A stretch of 64,000 bases of DNA from Glaucostegus cemiculus (lineage: Eukaryota): positions 15,500,001 through 15,564,000 of the forward strand of contig CDPCPM010000007.1 in assembly GCA_976551045.1 (NCBI GenBank), in the 5' to 3' direction. The position numbers and the translations under genes were made by a program. Below, piece after piece: positions 26,373-38,430 of the stretch. Numbering within the stretch: position 1 is the stretch's first letter; every line of letters begins with the position of its first letter. The notes below the pieces were generated by a model. It made no database searches and was not told the origin of the DNA. It was given only the letters and a program-made list of their open reading frames with translations.

Positions 26373-27619
26373 TTCTAAAACCACTGCAAATGTATTATCA
26401 AGACTGCCTTATGCTGCACCAGTATAGGGAATGAAATGTGCACCCTACAGGCAGTAGAGAATAATTATCCTTTAACAGCCAGATTGATGAAGAAGAATGC
26501 AGAATGAAAGAAAGTACATGAGTGTTTTTTGATTGTTTGGATTGATTTTGGCACACATTTGGATGAGAATATAAAGCCTTTCCATCACATGATGTTACAA
26601 GCTACTCACAAATCATGACTGCATGAAATGAGGCCACAGAGTAGTAATTTAAGAGCATTATGGCATTGTTAACTTAGCAACTCTTAGATTTGTCTATTGG
26701 CTGAGCACAGGTGAAGATTTGCAAGAGCCATGTAGCAATGCAAAGGCCTGAAGTCACAGCCGCCGAGAGCAATAATTGGAATGTGGAAATGGCCCATGTG
26801 GCTAGCCAACAGACAGAAGTGGAAAGCCTCCTGGCCAGCATTGGATTGAGATGAACTATGTTGGATTATGCATCACCACTGAACATGCTACAGAAGAACT
26901 TAGATTTATCTTCACAACATATGACCTTCCCAATGAGATTTTATTGGTTAATGGCCCATCTTTCCAGCATTTCAAAATGATATGGGCTTCAGAACTTCTC
27001 ATCATCCAGCTTCAACTGAAGAAGCCGAGAGAGCAATATACACTGTTGCAGATGCTCTATGAAGCATTCATGAAAGGCAGATCAGATTTTACAATAAAGC
27101 ACTGATTCAAAGATACTCCTTTGAAATTCAAATCATTGCTGCAGTCTACCACAGGAAATAGTCCTGCAGAAATGCCGATGCACAGAAGATTCAGGATATA
27201 ACTGATTCTGATTCAGCTGACCTAGGAAGGGAAGGAAGGCAGTTGAAACACCACAAGTATCAGTTCACGTGCAGTAAAGGGAGCAGGTTTAGATCACATG
27301 ATTAGGTCTGGGTGTTGACATTATCAAGGATTTCACAGATGACAAAATGGGATGATGGAAAGATTGTAGAAGTACATGGTTCCAAGAATTATCTCTTAGG
27401 AGTTGGAGAGAAATTCAGAATGGTTCTTGCAGGCACTGATTTTGTTGCAGCTCTGCAGGAGAATAGTGAGGAAGATTGTGAGTTTGAATATACACCTGAA
27501 ATGATCCCTTCACTTATTGAAGAGGAGTTCACATAGAAGATGACTGGAAGTGACATGTTCAGTAAGTCTACAAATGGATGCTACATCAATAACATGATGA
27601 AATATATCTATACTTTCAC

Positions 27620-27770
27620 ATAGAATGTGCTGCCAGAGGAGGTGATGGAATCAGATACAATCATTACATTTAAGAGGCATTCAGACAGGCACTTGAAAAG
27701 GCAAGGCATAGAAAGATACAGACCTAATGTGGGAAAATGAATGCATAGGGGCCATTTCTGTGCTATAAGA
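27620..27770 (+). mobile_element. Short CR1 3' fragment
   Basis: GAATGTGCTGCCAGAGGAGGTGATGGAATCAGATACAATC...TTTAAGAGGCATTCAGAC. Confidence 0.7.
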
Positions 27771-30259
27771 CTAACATCTGTTGAGTTTCCAGGATCAATA
27801 CAAGCAACACCGGTACAGTTCTGAAGACTGAAGGGAATTTAAATCACAGGTGATTGGTTAAGTTTGTAAATATTGTTAAAACTAGTTTCATTTCTTCATT
27901 TTTGTTTCTTTTTAAGTGGGAAAGAAATGAAGGATATGTAAATAAATGCATTGTCTGTACATGATGTGTTTGACCATGCATGTACTGTGTGCATGTGCAC
28001 AGTCTGAGTAGAATCTTGATTAAGTCCGATATTCTGCACTCTGAATATTACTCCACTAGAGAACAGAAACTCACAGGGCATATAATAGTACTCAGGCCAA
28101 GGGAAAATAACAGGCATATTAAAAATGATGTTGTAGGGTAAGAACTGAGAGAATATTAAGCAAAGTTGCATGAGAGGGTGTAAGAATAGGCTTATGTATT
28201 CAGGAGAATTTGTAATCTAAAGAAAATGTCATTACAACCTATAATTAAATAATCTATTTTAAGCCAACAAACAGGTATAGAACAAGATTAACTTTAGGCC
28301 AACTTAAACCCACTTTGCAGGCTAACAATGATGAAGAACATTTAATTAATTTATTGATCTGGCCATGAGTCCTGTCCACAGCTTACTAATATCAGGAAAC
28401 TGTAGTTTAATAAGAATCATGTCAATCCAGAGAACATCAGCAAAAAACATTTATTCATATGGATTTTTTTAACCTCAGCAAAATACACTTGCTGCCTTAT
28501 CAGAAGCTAATCAGTAAAAAAAGAGAATTTGGAACGAGTCCTGTCCTTATTTTCAGACTTGATGTTTGTGCCCTGAAAATATCTTAATTCCTGTGTCTTA
28601 CTATGGGTCTCTGTACTTGCAGAACCTCCCAAAAGCCAATGTTTCATGTGCTAATCATCTTGTTTCTCTGTATTCCATCCGGTTTGTTCTGGACATCTCA
28701 CCCTGTTCTGTGAAGTACTTGGGGCTACCTCTGTGCACAGAAGAATTATGATAAAATGTAAATTGCCATTGTAGAGCAATGAGCTTTGGTATTAATTGTT
28801 GTCACTTTATCTGCCTTACATAGTACTCATATAAAACTTTTTAAACTTCCATTTAACTTGATCATTATACTCGTGCTTACAATGTGTGTGGGTAACAGGT
28901 ACTTGGTTTCTGTGTCCATGTCAAGGTGCATACAGCAGCAAACACTACATTTAACATCACATGCCATATTGTGGGAAAGTCATGACTTGTTTGTTGATAA
29001 AATTCCTCCGAGATTCCAGCAATTGCTTGCATCTGAGATAGATGTGCAGTTGCATTTCCTGTTGGCTTTAATCTTTCACCTCACCTTACATTCAAGCAAT
29101 ACAAATACAGTTCCACAATTATTCAAAACGACAGTGAGGGACCTATCCAAGTGTTTGCAACTTCCAAACAAGGGCTAGTGTTGTCATCTGGAAATTTTAT
29201 AATATCTAATTTCATGCCTTATTTATTAAATGGAAAAAAGTAAATCACTAGTATACTAGAGCCTTCATGCCATTTTTATGTCTATTATTTTACCATGGCA
29301 ACTATTTCTACAGTAAGCACAAGAGCTTAAATGATTAAGTGACCACATATGCATATTAACAAAAGGGCAGAAAGGCAAGTACTTATTAAGCTTTAATTCT
29401 AACCAGCTATAGGCATGATATGAATTCAGAAGACAGCAAGTGTCAGGACATCATGAATATTTTGCATTATAGATATTTTATGCATTTTTACCCAAGGATG
29501 ACACTCTCCTGAGTATTTTCACAAATGAAGATGAATATGCAGAGATCCATTTGGTTGATTTTGCGCCAGATGGCAAGTAGCAGAGGCTCCATGAAGTTGA
29601 TTTGCTTGAATCGTTTTTGCCATATTGCGTGCTGGCATCTACTTGAGTTTATATCATCTGCAAACACCTACAGCATTTCTTCACAGTATTTCAAAGCACT
29701 CAAATCCAGACTTGCTACTGTTGCCAGATTTTAAAGTGACAGTTGTCTCTTTTTGTCAATCTGTGCAAAGTGTTTTCAAATTGACTACAAGAAAAATGTA
29801 GAAACCATAAAAATCTAGTTATTGAAGCTTTCTCAGAAATCAGCAAGGTCAATAATACAGGTCCATGAGCTCCAGTACCTTATATTCTTGCAAAATATGC
29901 TAGTTCAAGACAAACATTTATGTTTTGTGAATTAATTTGTGAAATAAATACATTAGGCAAACTAAATAAAAGCTTATAATTTAGTCTATTTCATTGACAC
30001 CTCTATGCAAATCGTGCCCAATGACAGGCAAAGGAGATTCCTAGTAAAATCACTGGAATATCAGTTTATCAAGTTTGTAAACAAGATATCCATAATGGTA
30101 TCACTAATGTTAGTGCCAAAATATATATTTTTAAATTCTCAGCTGTTTCAGCTGCTTCAGTGTATCATTGGGTTGTTATGATATTGGGATGGTACCAAGA
30201 AGGCCCCCTTCTTGTTTCCTTGTCTGTGCTGACTGAATTAAATAAGACCAAAGGTCCAG

Positions 30260-30805
30260 CATTATAAAACATTGGTTAGGCCACAGCTAGAATTCTGTGC
30301 TGTTCTGGTCACCACACTATAAGAAGGACATGATTGCTCTAGAGCGGGCACAGAGGAGATTCACCAGGATGTTGCCTGTGATGCAATATTTCAGTTGTGA
30401 GGAGCGACTGAATGGGTTGGGCTCATTTTCCTTGGCGCATGGAAGCCTGGGGGGATCCTGAGAGAGGTATATAAATCATGAGCGGCATGGATATGGTAAG
30501 AGGTGTTGGCGATTTAAAGAGCATAGGTTAAAGATGAGGCATAACAGGCTTAGAGAAGATATGAGGAAGAATTTTTTCATCCATAAGGTGGTTGCAATCT
30601 GGAAAGAACTGCCTGAGAAGGTGGTGGAGGCAGGTACTCTCACAACAATTAAGAAGAATCTGTACAAACACTTGAATTGCCAAGGCATAGTAGGCAAAGA
30701 ACCAAGTGCTGGTAAATGGGATTGGTATAGATGAGTACTTGATGGTCGGCATTGTCATAGTGGACAGAAAGGCCTGTGCTGCATGACGCTTTGATACTAT
30801 GACTC
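30260..30805 (+). mobile_element. CR1 3' fragment
   Basis: YKTLVRPQLEFC remnant; FFIHKVVAIWKELPEKVVEAG; CR1 3' end. Confidence 0.85.
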
Positions 30806-32716
30806 TTAAGTGCTACGTATAGATGTCGGTTAAAGTTCAGTGTTAGTGGCAGCCTTCTAAAACTTAAAGTAGTTTCTCCAGATTCAGAGGTGAAGAATGG
30901 TCATTTGTGTCAGGAATCTGCGAACTCTTGCTATCTCAAGAAACAGTCTCAGCATGAACTGCCACATTCAGGTCAAGGTGGGTTGGATTAAAAAAAAAGT
31001 GTAAAATGAAATATAATCTCACAAATTATGTGTCACTGTTATTTCTGTTGTAGAAAATGGTGCACATGGTGAGAAATGACCATCAATTTTTTTACTATTC
31101 TCTCTTTCAATGAGAATTTCAACCATGTGAATAAGCCACTAAATTAAAAATAACTCCTGTAAAAAGCACTAACTCTGAGAACAACCAAGGACAATTTCAG
31201 GGAAGAAAACATTTTTTCTTTAATTTCTTCCATAAATACTTCTCTAGCAGAAGGACTTACTTGGAACAGCCTTAGCAATGGTGTTTTTTCCATTTGTTTT
31301 AGGAAATGAAGAGAAGTCATTGTATAAGCACTTATATACATATCATAATTTAAAATATACTGTAATTGCCTTTAATTATGTAAATATGGACCACCACTGA
31401 AACATATAATTGGGACCTTATTCTTTGTTGGTCTTTTGCAGATAAAATCAGCATGATTATGCTTTGCAGACATATAAAAATCATTAAAACCCTAGCTTAT
31501 ATTGGGTACATACTTTATAGAAACACTACATTTCAAAGGAAAATTATGGATGTTAAGTTCACAATTTCCCATGGTGCATTGCCAAGAAGTGCCACTCCCT
31601 GCTGCGACTGTCAATTGGAGAGTCAGCCTTATTATGTGGGAATGGTGACATTACACACAGAGCTTCTCAAGCATATAATAATTATTACCAAGCTTTGTCA
31701 ACCATTGAATATTAAACAAGTCTTTTTTGGCACTCATGAAACAGGTGCACTACCAGTGGTAGATATTCTTATTTTAAATGCATGTTACCCTCTTTGAAGT
31801 GTCTTTTCCTATCCTGTAACATGTCTGAAAAAAAAATCATGTAATAATCATTATGAATCATGCTGAGGGGGACACTTCAAATAAATTGTGTCCAGTCAGC
31901 TGTAAAGCTCTGCATCAATAAACCAAGGAGGTTTTATACATAAACATAGCATCTACCACTATCCACTGCTATCAGAGCATAAAACTGCCACATCTCCATA
32001 TAGTGTGGTAGGAATCTCATATTCATTGGTAGATAGTGGATATCATAGCTTGTCATTTTCGTATACAACTAGCTTTCATTAAGTGCATCACAGATCTCTA
32101 GTATTTGTTAAAATGTTAATTATGGGCTATGTTTTTGCCTTTGACACAATCAATCTAAAAGGCCAAAGACATTTTGTGAATAAATATGAACTGGTTTTAT
32201 ATTTTTAAAGAGTCTTCTATACGAACTGAGACCGCATGCTATACACTGGGAAGTGCAACTGCCAAACCTAGTGCCATATTACTGGATTACAAATCTCACT
32301 CAAAACCATCGGGTATGAGATACTATAAGAGCTTTGACCCTCCTGCATTTTCTTTTAATTTTGTGAGGGCAGGTGGGATAAAATCCTTTCTCTTAACACT
32401 TAAAAGGCTGATGACCACATCAGGAGACACTCAGCATCTTTTCTTTACAGATAAACATCTTTTTTAACACTAACCACACAGGCTTAAACTCCTAGTATGT
32501 GATAGCCTCTCATTAGCACCTGACAAAATGTGGTTTTAGTTTATTCAAGTAGCCACTCAGCATTAGCACAACCCCATTCACTTCAAATGGGTTAACATTT
32601 TTCTTGATTTTATCTTTGTTTTTAATTATTTGCTATTACTTTAAGATGTTTGTAAGCAAATATATTCTTTAATTTTTAAAAAAATCATTTCAATCTATTT
32701 GAACACAATCTATTTG

Positions 32717-32835
32717 GAGACACAAGAAAGGCTGCAATTGCTGGAAATCTGCAGCAACACACAAAATGCTGGAGAAACTCATCAGCATAGATGCGGCCTG
32801 ACTCACTGAGTTCCTCCAGCATTTTTTGTGTTGCC
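32717..32835. repeat. Penelope-like terminal repeat hairpin
   Basis: GCAACACACAAAATGCTGGAGAAACTCA ... TGAGTTCCTCCAGCATTTTTTGTGTTGC near-perfect inverted repeat. Confidence 0.8.
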
Positions 32836-33175
32836 TCCCAAGTTACAGTTCATGAGGAACTCTGCTCTGCCCTGGTACAGGACAACTGGGACAATAGGGC
32901 CTGCAACCTGACTGGTCCTGCAGAGCCTCAGCTAGTACAGCGGCTAGAAATATATGGAGGGGAATTGTGTACCGGGGACAGCAGGCCAGATCAAGCACGA
33001 TCTATTTGATCTTACTGTAAGTTTGTCGTGTCAATTGTTTTATCATCTTCTTCTCTGTAACAGCAAATATTCAGTATGTCTGGTACAATCTGCAGAGAGA
33101 GGAACAAGATTAATGTTTCAGTGGCCATTTGTTTGAACTGGAAAACATTATAGCCAAAACAGGTTTCAAGCAAGT

Positions 33176-33920
33176 ATCAGAATCAGAATCAGAATCAGAA
33201 TCAGTTTATTGTCACTTTCATGTATACATGAAGGCGAGGTATCGTACTCCACAGGCCAATGTGCAAAAGACATTAAGGACAATAAAGGACAACAGGACAA
33301 AAACATCAAAACATTGGAGCCGCATGGACTTCGGTCTGCTGGTACAACACGTCTCCCAGAACCTCAACATTACATCTCCCAGCCCCCAGCCTCACCCTGC
33401 ACCGATGACCACCTCCAACCCTCGCAGTCCTACAACCTCCAGCCCTGCAGTCCGATCCGATGACCACCTCCGGCCCCGCAGTCCGACCACCTCTGGCCCC
33501 GCAGTCCGACCACCTCCGGCTCCTTCATCTCCGGCCCCGCAGTCCGACGACCTCCGGCTCCTTCGCCTCCGGCTCCGCAGTCCGACGACCTCCAGCCCCG
33601 CAGGCCGACCACCTTTGGCTCCGCAGGCCGACCACCTCCGGCCCGGGCAGCCCCCTCACCGCCCATGTCCCGACGCCACCACGAGGCTCCAGGGCCTTCG
33701 ACACGCTGTCGCCTCCGATGAGCTCCGACGAGCTGTCGGAGCCATCAGCACAGACAACGACTCCATAAAACAAACACCAAGCACACAAACATTAAGAACA
33801 AACATCAGGAACAAAGAACACACAAAAAAACCAGCACAAAAATACTAAAAGACTAACAAAAAACACAAAGCACTACAGACCCGGGAGAGGCCGCTGCAAC
33901 TGTGTGCACCGCCATCTTGG
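33176..33920 (-). mobile_element. Non-autonomous Rex1-derived element (putative 5' end plus 3' end, no RT) with an internal GC-rich minisatellite
   Basis: (TTCTGA)4 tail and 3' region shared with the Rex1 at 43699; 5' end CCAAGATGGCGG; CpG-rich, so young; no RT motifs. Confidence 0.72.
33400..33655. repeat. GC-rich minisatellite, unit about 23 bp (CCCCGCAGTCCGACCACCTCCGG)
   Basis: About 8-10 visible variants of the unit. Confidence 0.9.
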
Positions 33921-34599
33921 ATGGTACAAGGGTAGGATAGTGGGAAGGAGAGTAAAGAACAAAAGCAAAGGTCTTTGCTGGGGAGAGGATAGGAGAAATC
34001 AATCAACTAAGAGAATAGTGCATGGATTATATTAGGACAAATAAGAAACAAAAAATGGCTTTAGAAATGCCTAAATAGCAAGAGCAGACTGCGAGCTGAA
34101 GAAATGGGAGCAGTGGTTATGATCTAGAATTATTGAAAGCTGAAATGTAATTGATCTAATAATGAGATACTGTACCTTAAGCTTACAATGATCTACAGTA
34201 GAGCAGCATAGAAAGCCAAGGATAGAGAGGGCAGAGTGTGACTGGGGCCGAGAAATAACATGGCAAGCAAAAAGACACTCACAGACTTATTTGCAGATTG
34301 AGTGGAGTTGATCTGCAAAGCAGCCAGTAGTCTACAAATATACAGACCACAATGCAAACTGTGATACTAAATGAAAGTACAAGTAAATTGTTGTCTCAGC
34401 TGGAAGGGGTATTTCAAGTACTGGATTGTAGTGAGCAAGGAAGTGAAAGGGTACTTTTGTGTCTCTTGCTGTAGAAGTGGAGTGGGCGTTAGTGATGTAT
34501 AAGAGGACCAGGTTATTATGGAGGAAGCCAACCTTCTAGAAAAGTAAAGATGCAAAGCAACTGCGTCATTATTTGTAGTTCTGGCTCACTTTCCACTGG

Positions 34600-35230
34600 A
34601 ACAGGATATGATTAACTACACACACAAAGCTCCCATATATTGCCCAAGAGTATCATCAACCATAAAGACTTTCATTCCTTCAATATTTGTCTGGTGTACA
34701 ATGGAAAGCACTTTCTACAACTGTGTGCAAGACTCCCAGGCAACTGCCGTACTGCAGTGTGTCCTGCTGTGTCTCACATGACCACTGGAAGCAGAGGTAC
34801 TGGCTGATCACTGAGAGGCAAGGGCCACTGAGAGGCAAGACAATGCCTTGAAACTATGAATGGTATTTCTCATAAGCTTGAGGAATGAAGTCATGGAGTG
34901 ATACAGTGAATCCCTTATTACCAACAAATGTGTCATTGAACAAGTCATTGGCATACTGGAGATAGGCTTCAGGCACCTGGACAGATCTGGAGGTGGCACA
35001 TCAGCCACAGTCTACAGAATGATCATATTGTGCTGAGCACTGCACTGAATTACCCAGCTTGAAGATTTGGACTGACAGGAAGACAAAGGCACAGAGTAGG
35101 CACAATTTTCAAAGAACATCGAGAAGGAAAAAGAGGAGGAAAATTAACAGGAGGAGGAAGATCAGGATACAGCAGATCACCACTGCTGGAATCAAGGCCC
35201 ATATATCGTTAATTGCTGAACGAAAGTAGT
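34600..35230 (+). mobile_element. Harbinger/PIF transposase (DDE_Tnp_4) C-terminal remnant
   Basis: Degenerate KDFHSFN, CARLPGNC and YSESLITNKCVIEQVIGILEIGFRHLDRSGG, followed by an acidic purine-rich stretch. Confidence 0.75.
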
Positions 35231-37666
35231 CTTGTGTATGAAACATGGGAAACATAATTTCACTCATTTGCACGCTAACGTGAATTTGCATTAGGTGTGT
35301 TTTGGACACTGAAGGAATACTTGGTTTGCTATTTGATTCTTATCTGCTGTTAATAGTTTTGGAAATGAGAAATAGGTGTGAGGAAGTTGACTATTGCCTC
35401 AATTACCCCTGCATGATGTTTTTCTTCTACAGACTAATTATTCATAATCCTTCCCATTTGAAAAGTGTCTGTAAGACAAAGGATAAAACTAAGCTCTATT
35501 GAATTAAGTCTGTTGTTCCTTTAAATAATTGGGAAACTGTTGCTGCTATTAGCAATATTGAGAGTGATCTAACCAAATAATATTTTTTCATAATGGTTTG
35601 AATTTATATGTACAAATGACATTAATTAAAGAATTAACATAAATAATAAATCATTTACACCAAAATTATTAACACCTATTTGTATGTATACAGCTTCTCA
35701 AACTGGTACTAACAATTGTCCAAGCAACCACTTCTCTCCCTGCCAAGAGGATTGCTCTCCCAAGTCAGCATTTCCTTGCTATTTGATGCCCAGACAAATG
35801 CTGCTGTTTGTCTTAACTCAAGTCCTGCACCCAATGAACCTTATACTCAATAGATGCATTATTTTTAAGTAGTGAAGGTTGCTTCATTTATTTATTTGTT
35901 TCAGGTTAGTTTCTACATTTTGTAAGTTTTCTGTTCTGAAATTTGGCCTAATAGCAAATATCTGGTGAATACAATCTCCATCCATGTTTTAGATGTCAAA
36001 AGTTTACTTTGAATTCATGCTCTCCATAATAAACAGTTTTTCAACTCTGTAAAAACTAGGGATCTGTTGTTAATTGATCAATAATATCAGTGGTGGATCA
36101 GTTGGTGTATTATGAATCATAAGTTTGTGTGTTCAGGTATCCTCCCTAGCTGGTTGAATAGAAAACACTCCACTTCTGTCTTCCTGACGGGACATTGAAT
36201 AGAAACCCTGTGTACTCTAGTGGATTACAAAGATTCCTTTGTGTTAGTTTGAAGAACAAAAGACTTATCCTCAGTGACTGTGTCAACAGTAATCGCTTTC
36301 TGTTCCTCAATCTCCAGCTTTGGGAATCATGGGGGAAAGAGGGAATGGGCTAAACGGGAAGGAGGTGAGTAAGGAAGAAGGGAGCAGAGAGCAATGGGGC
36401 CAAGTGTGTGCAGAAACTGAGGGAAGGCATCTAGAAGAAAGAGGTCAGAAATAAGGAGACTGAGCAAGGGGATTAGGGTGAATAAGAGGGGTTGACGAAA
36501 GGAGTCTGTGCAAAATTATGTGTCTATGTTCATGGTAACTGCGTGGTCAGAATAAGTCTGTGTGTGTCTGTGTGCATGCTCATATGTGCGCATGTGTGCA
36601 TGCACTAAATTTGTGTGACATAGCCTGGCCTCCAATTGTCTTGGATTTCCATGGCATTGGTGTATTAAACTATCCCAGTGGAAGCATGCCATCCTCAATG
36701 CCACTAAGGAGTCTACTCACTCAATATCAAAGTATCTGAGTTCCCAAGCTTTGGTAGCAAAGTGATGTCCAGTTATGTTGCAGTTGGGACTCTCCACAAG
36801 GATCCTGTCTTTGCAGATCTCAAACCTCATACTGAGGAGTGGAAATGTGACATCTTTTGATGGGGAACAGCCATCTCACTTCAGTTACCACGAGCTTGAC
36901 AGAGTGAGGCCTTATTCCAGAGCCAAGGAGGTCCAAAATGACTACAGACCATGCTCTGCTTCATGTACACTAACACATTTAAATCCACCTTTATGATGCT
37001 ATTGTAGACTCGTATGTTTTTGAGAAATGGACCACCTACAGCTAACACCTCAAAGCACTGACTTCACAAAATCCTCCACATCAGCTGAAAGGATAAGCAA
37101 GACTAAGTCAGCATTCTTTCCCAGTTTGAATCCCCAACACCGAGGCCCTAATTAGACTCAGTTGACTCAAGTGGGCAGGCCAGATGATTTGCATGCCTGA
37201 CACTCAGACTCCTGAAATAGATGCATTACTCTGAGCTCCTTCATGGCAAGAACCTACTGTATCTAATGGACAGAGGAAATGATTCAAGGGTATTCATAAA
37301 ACCTCTCTGAGAACATATAACATGCCCACCGACTTGTAGGAATCCCTGGCCTGTGACTGCACAAAGGTAGGAGAATTTGCGATGATACTGAGAACCTCAA
37401 GTTCATTTGTCAAGGGCACACAAAAGCCTAGTATAAGCAACAAAAGGAGCTCACCACCTCCCAAACTATCCATAAACCTGCTTACCTGTGGCACAGTCAC
37501 TTAGAAATGTAAGTGACTGTGACTTAGAAATGTAACATTGAAAATTCATTGAAAGGATTTTCAGAAGAACAGTAACTTATTAAACCCAACACAATTTACC
37601 TTATATAGCTGCTTTGTAGTTAGCCTTTCAAAAAATAATTCTTTATTTTCTATTGTACTTTGCCAC

Positions 37667-38430
37667 TGTTACGAACCAGCAACAAAAGAAACACACTGAA
37701 TCATGATTCAGTGTTTAAAAACTACTTTATTGATAGCTACTTATGATAATAAGAAAAATAAAAGTAAAAATGTTAGAAAGTTAGAAGTAAAAATGTTAAA
37801 TCTTAAACATTAACCTCAAAAACTAAACTCATAGTGTGTGTGTGACAAACTCCCAAACTCCAAATCCAGGAATATTTCTCAAAGTTCAGTTCAGCAAGCC
37901 ATAAAATGAAACGCGAGTAAAGGTTTCTTCAAAACCATTGTTGACTGAAGACAAAACGTAGATGTAGAGAGAACATAGAGAGTAATTACGAAATCCAAAT
38001 GTTCCACTCTGGAACTCATACGACACCTCAGTGTCTACTCGAATCGTGGCCACGACCGTCCACGCAAATACCTGTTTCCTTCTACAGGTCAACAACAAAG
38101 TGAACTCCACTGCTTTATTCTGAAGTATCTGCCACCCTGAAAAGCATCTGAGACGTGGTCGTCCAAACAAATACCTGTTTCCCTCTACAGGTTAACAACA
38201 AAGTGGACTCCACCGGATTACTCCAAAAATCTGTACGAGGATTGTAGTGACAGACACAGTTACTGTTTCTCATCCATCAACAGAGAAACTAGCAGGCTGG
38301 TCTCTCTCTCTTCTCTGATTCCAACTGACTTCTTCAACAACGTCCTTTATCTTCTGTTGACATAAGCACGCCACACACACTATGTCCTATCTTAAAGGGA
38401 CATACAGCAATAGTAACCTCGTCTGTAATA
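37667..38430 (-). mobile_element. Solo LTR (about 764 bp)
   Basis: TGTTAC...GTAATA termini (final CA decayed to TA); near 5-bp target-site duplication GCCAC/GTCAC; AATAAA on minus near 37726-37731; internal 45-bp direct repeat (about 38066-38110 and 38169-38213). Confidence 0.75.

Larger units (their letters stand above)
23580..28010 (+). mobile_element. Decayed Gypsy/Ty3 LTR retrotransposon (RT, RNase H, integrase, PPT and probable 3' LTR start), interrupted by a SINE and CR1 fragments
   Basis: RT remnant ITPATEEEDLQVFEEIFKKFQDNNVKLQKSKCF; RNase H remnant IACSATGYGAGMVTSHVMDNSWEKPL; integrase remnant TTEHATEELRFIFTTYDLPNEILLVNGPSF; polypurine tract AAGTGGGAAAGAAA followed by TG at about 27914-27929. 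Confidence 0.8.
33088..34560 (-). mobile_element. Decayed Penelope-like element (GIY-YIG endonuclease remnant plus terminal repeat), split by the 33176-33920 insertion
   Basis: Minus-strand TTIQYLKYPFQLRQQFTCTF (34367-34430) resembles the PLE GIY-YIG segment FQVRQRFTC; a KLKVQYLII remnant near 34155-34185; pLTR-like sequence at 33088-33150. Confidence 0.65.

Noticed and set aside
29497-29580. Exon-like segment DDTLLSIFTNEDEYAEIHLVDFAPD
   Set aside because: Needs a weak GC donor, has no recognisable homology and no partner exons.
32755-32835. Pre-miRNA gene
   Set aside because: Both arms derive from a multi-copy Penelope-like repeat, and I recognise no known mature miRNA.
33129-33848. 239-aa Pro/Ser/Thr-rich ORF
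   Set aside because: It runs antisense through a retroelement tail ((GAATCA)n gives SESESE) and a GC minisatellite; several frames are open, which is a composition artefact.
36860-36960. Possible further Harbinger N-terminal remnant (HFSYHEL...KEV)
   Set aside because: Similarity too short and degenerate to support without an alignment.
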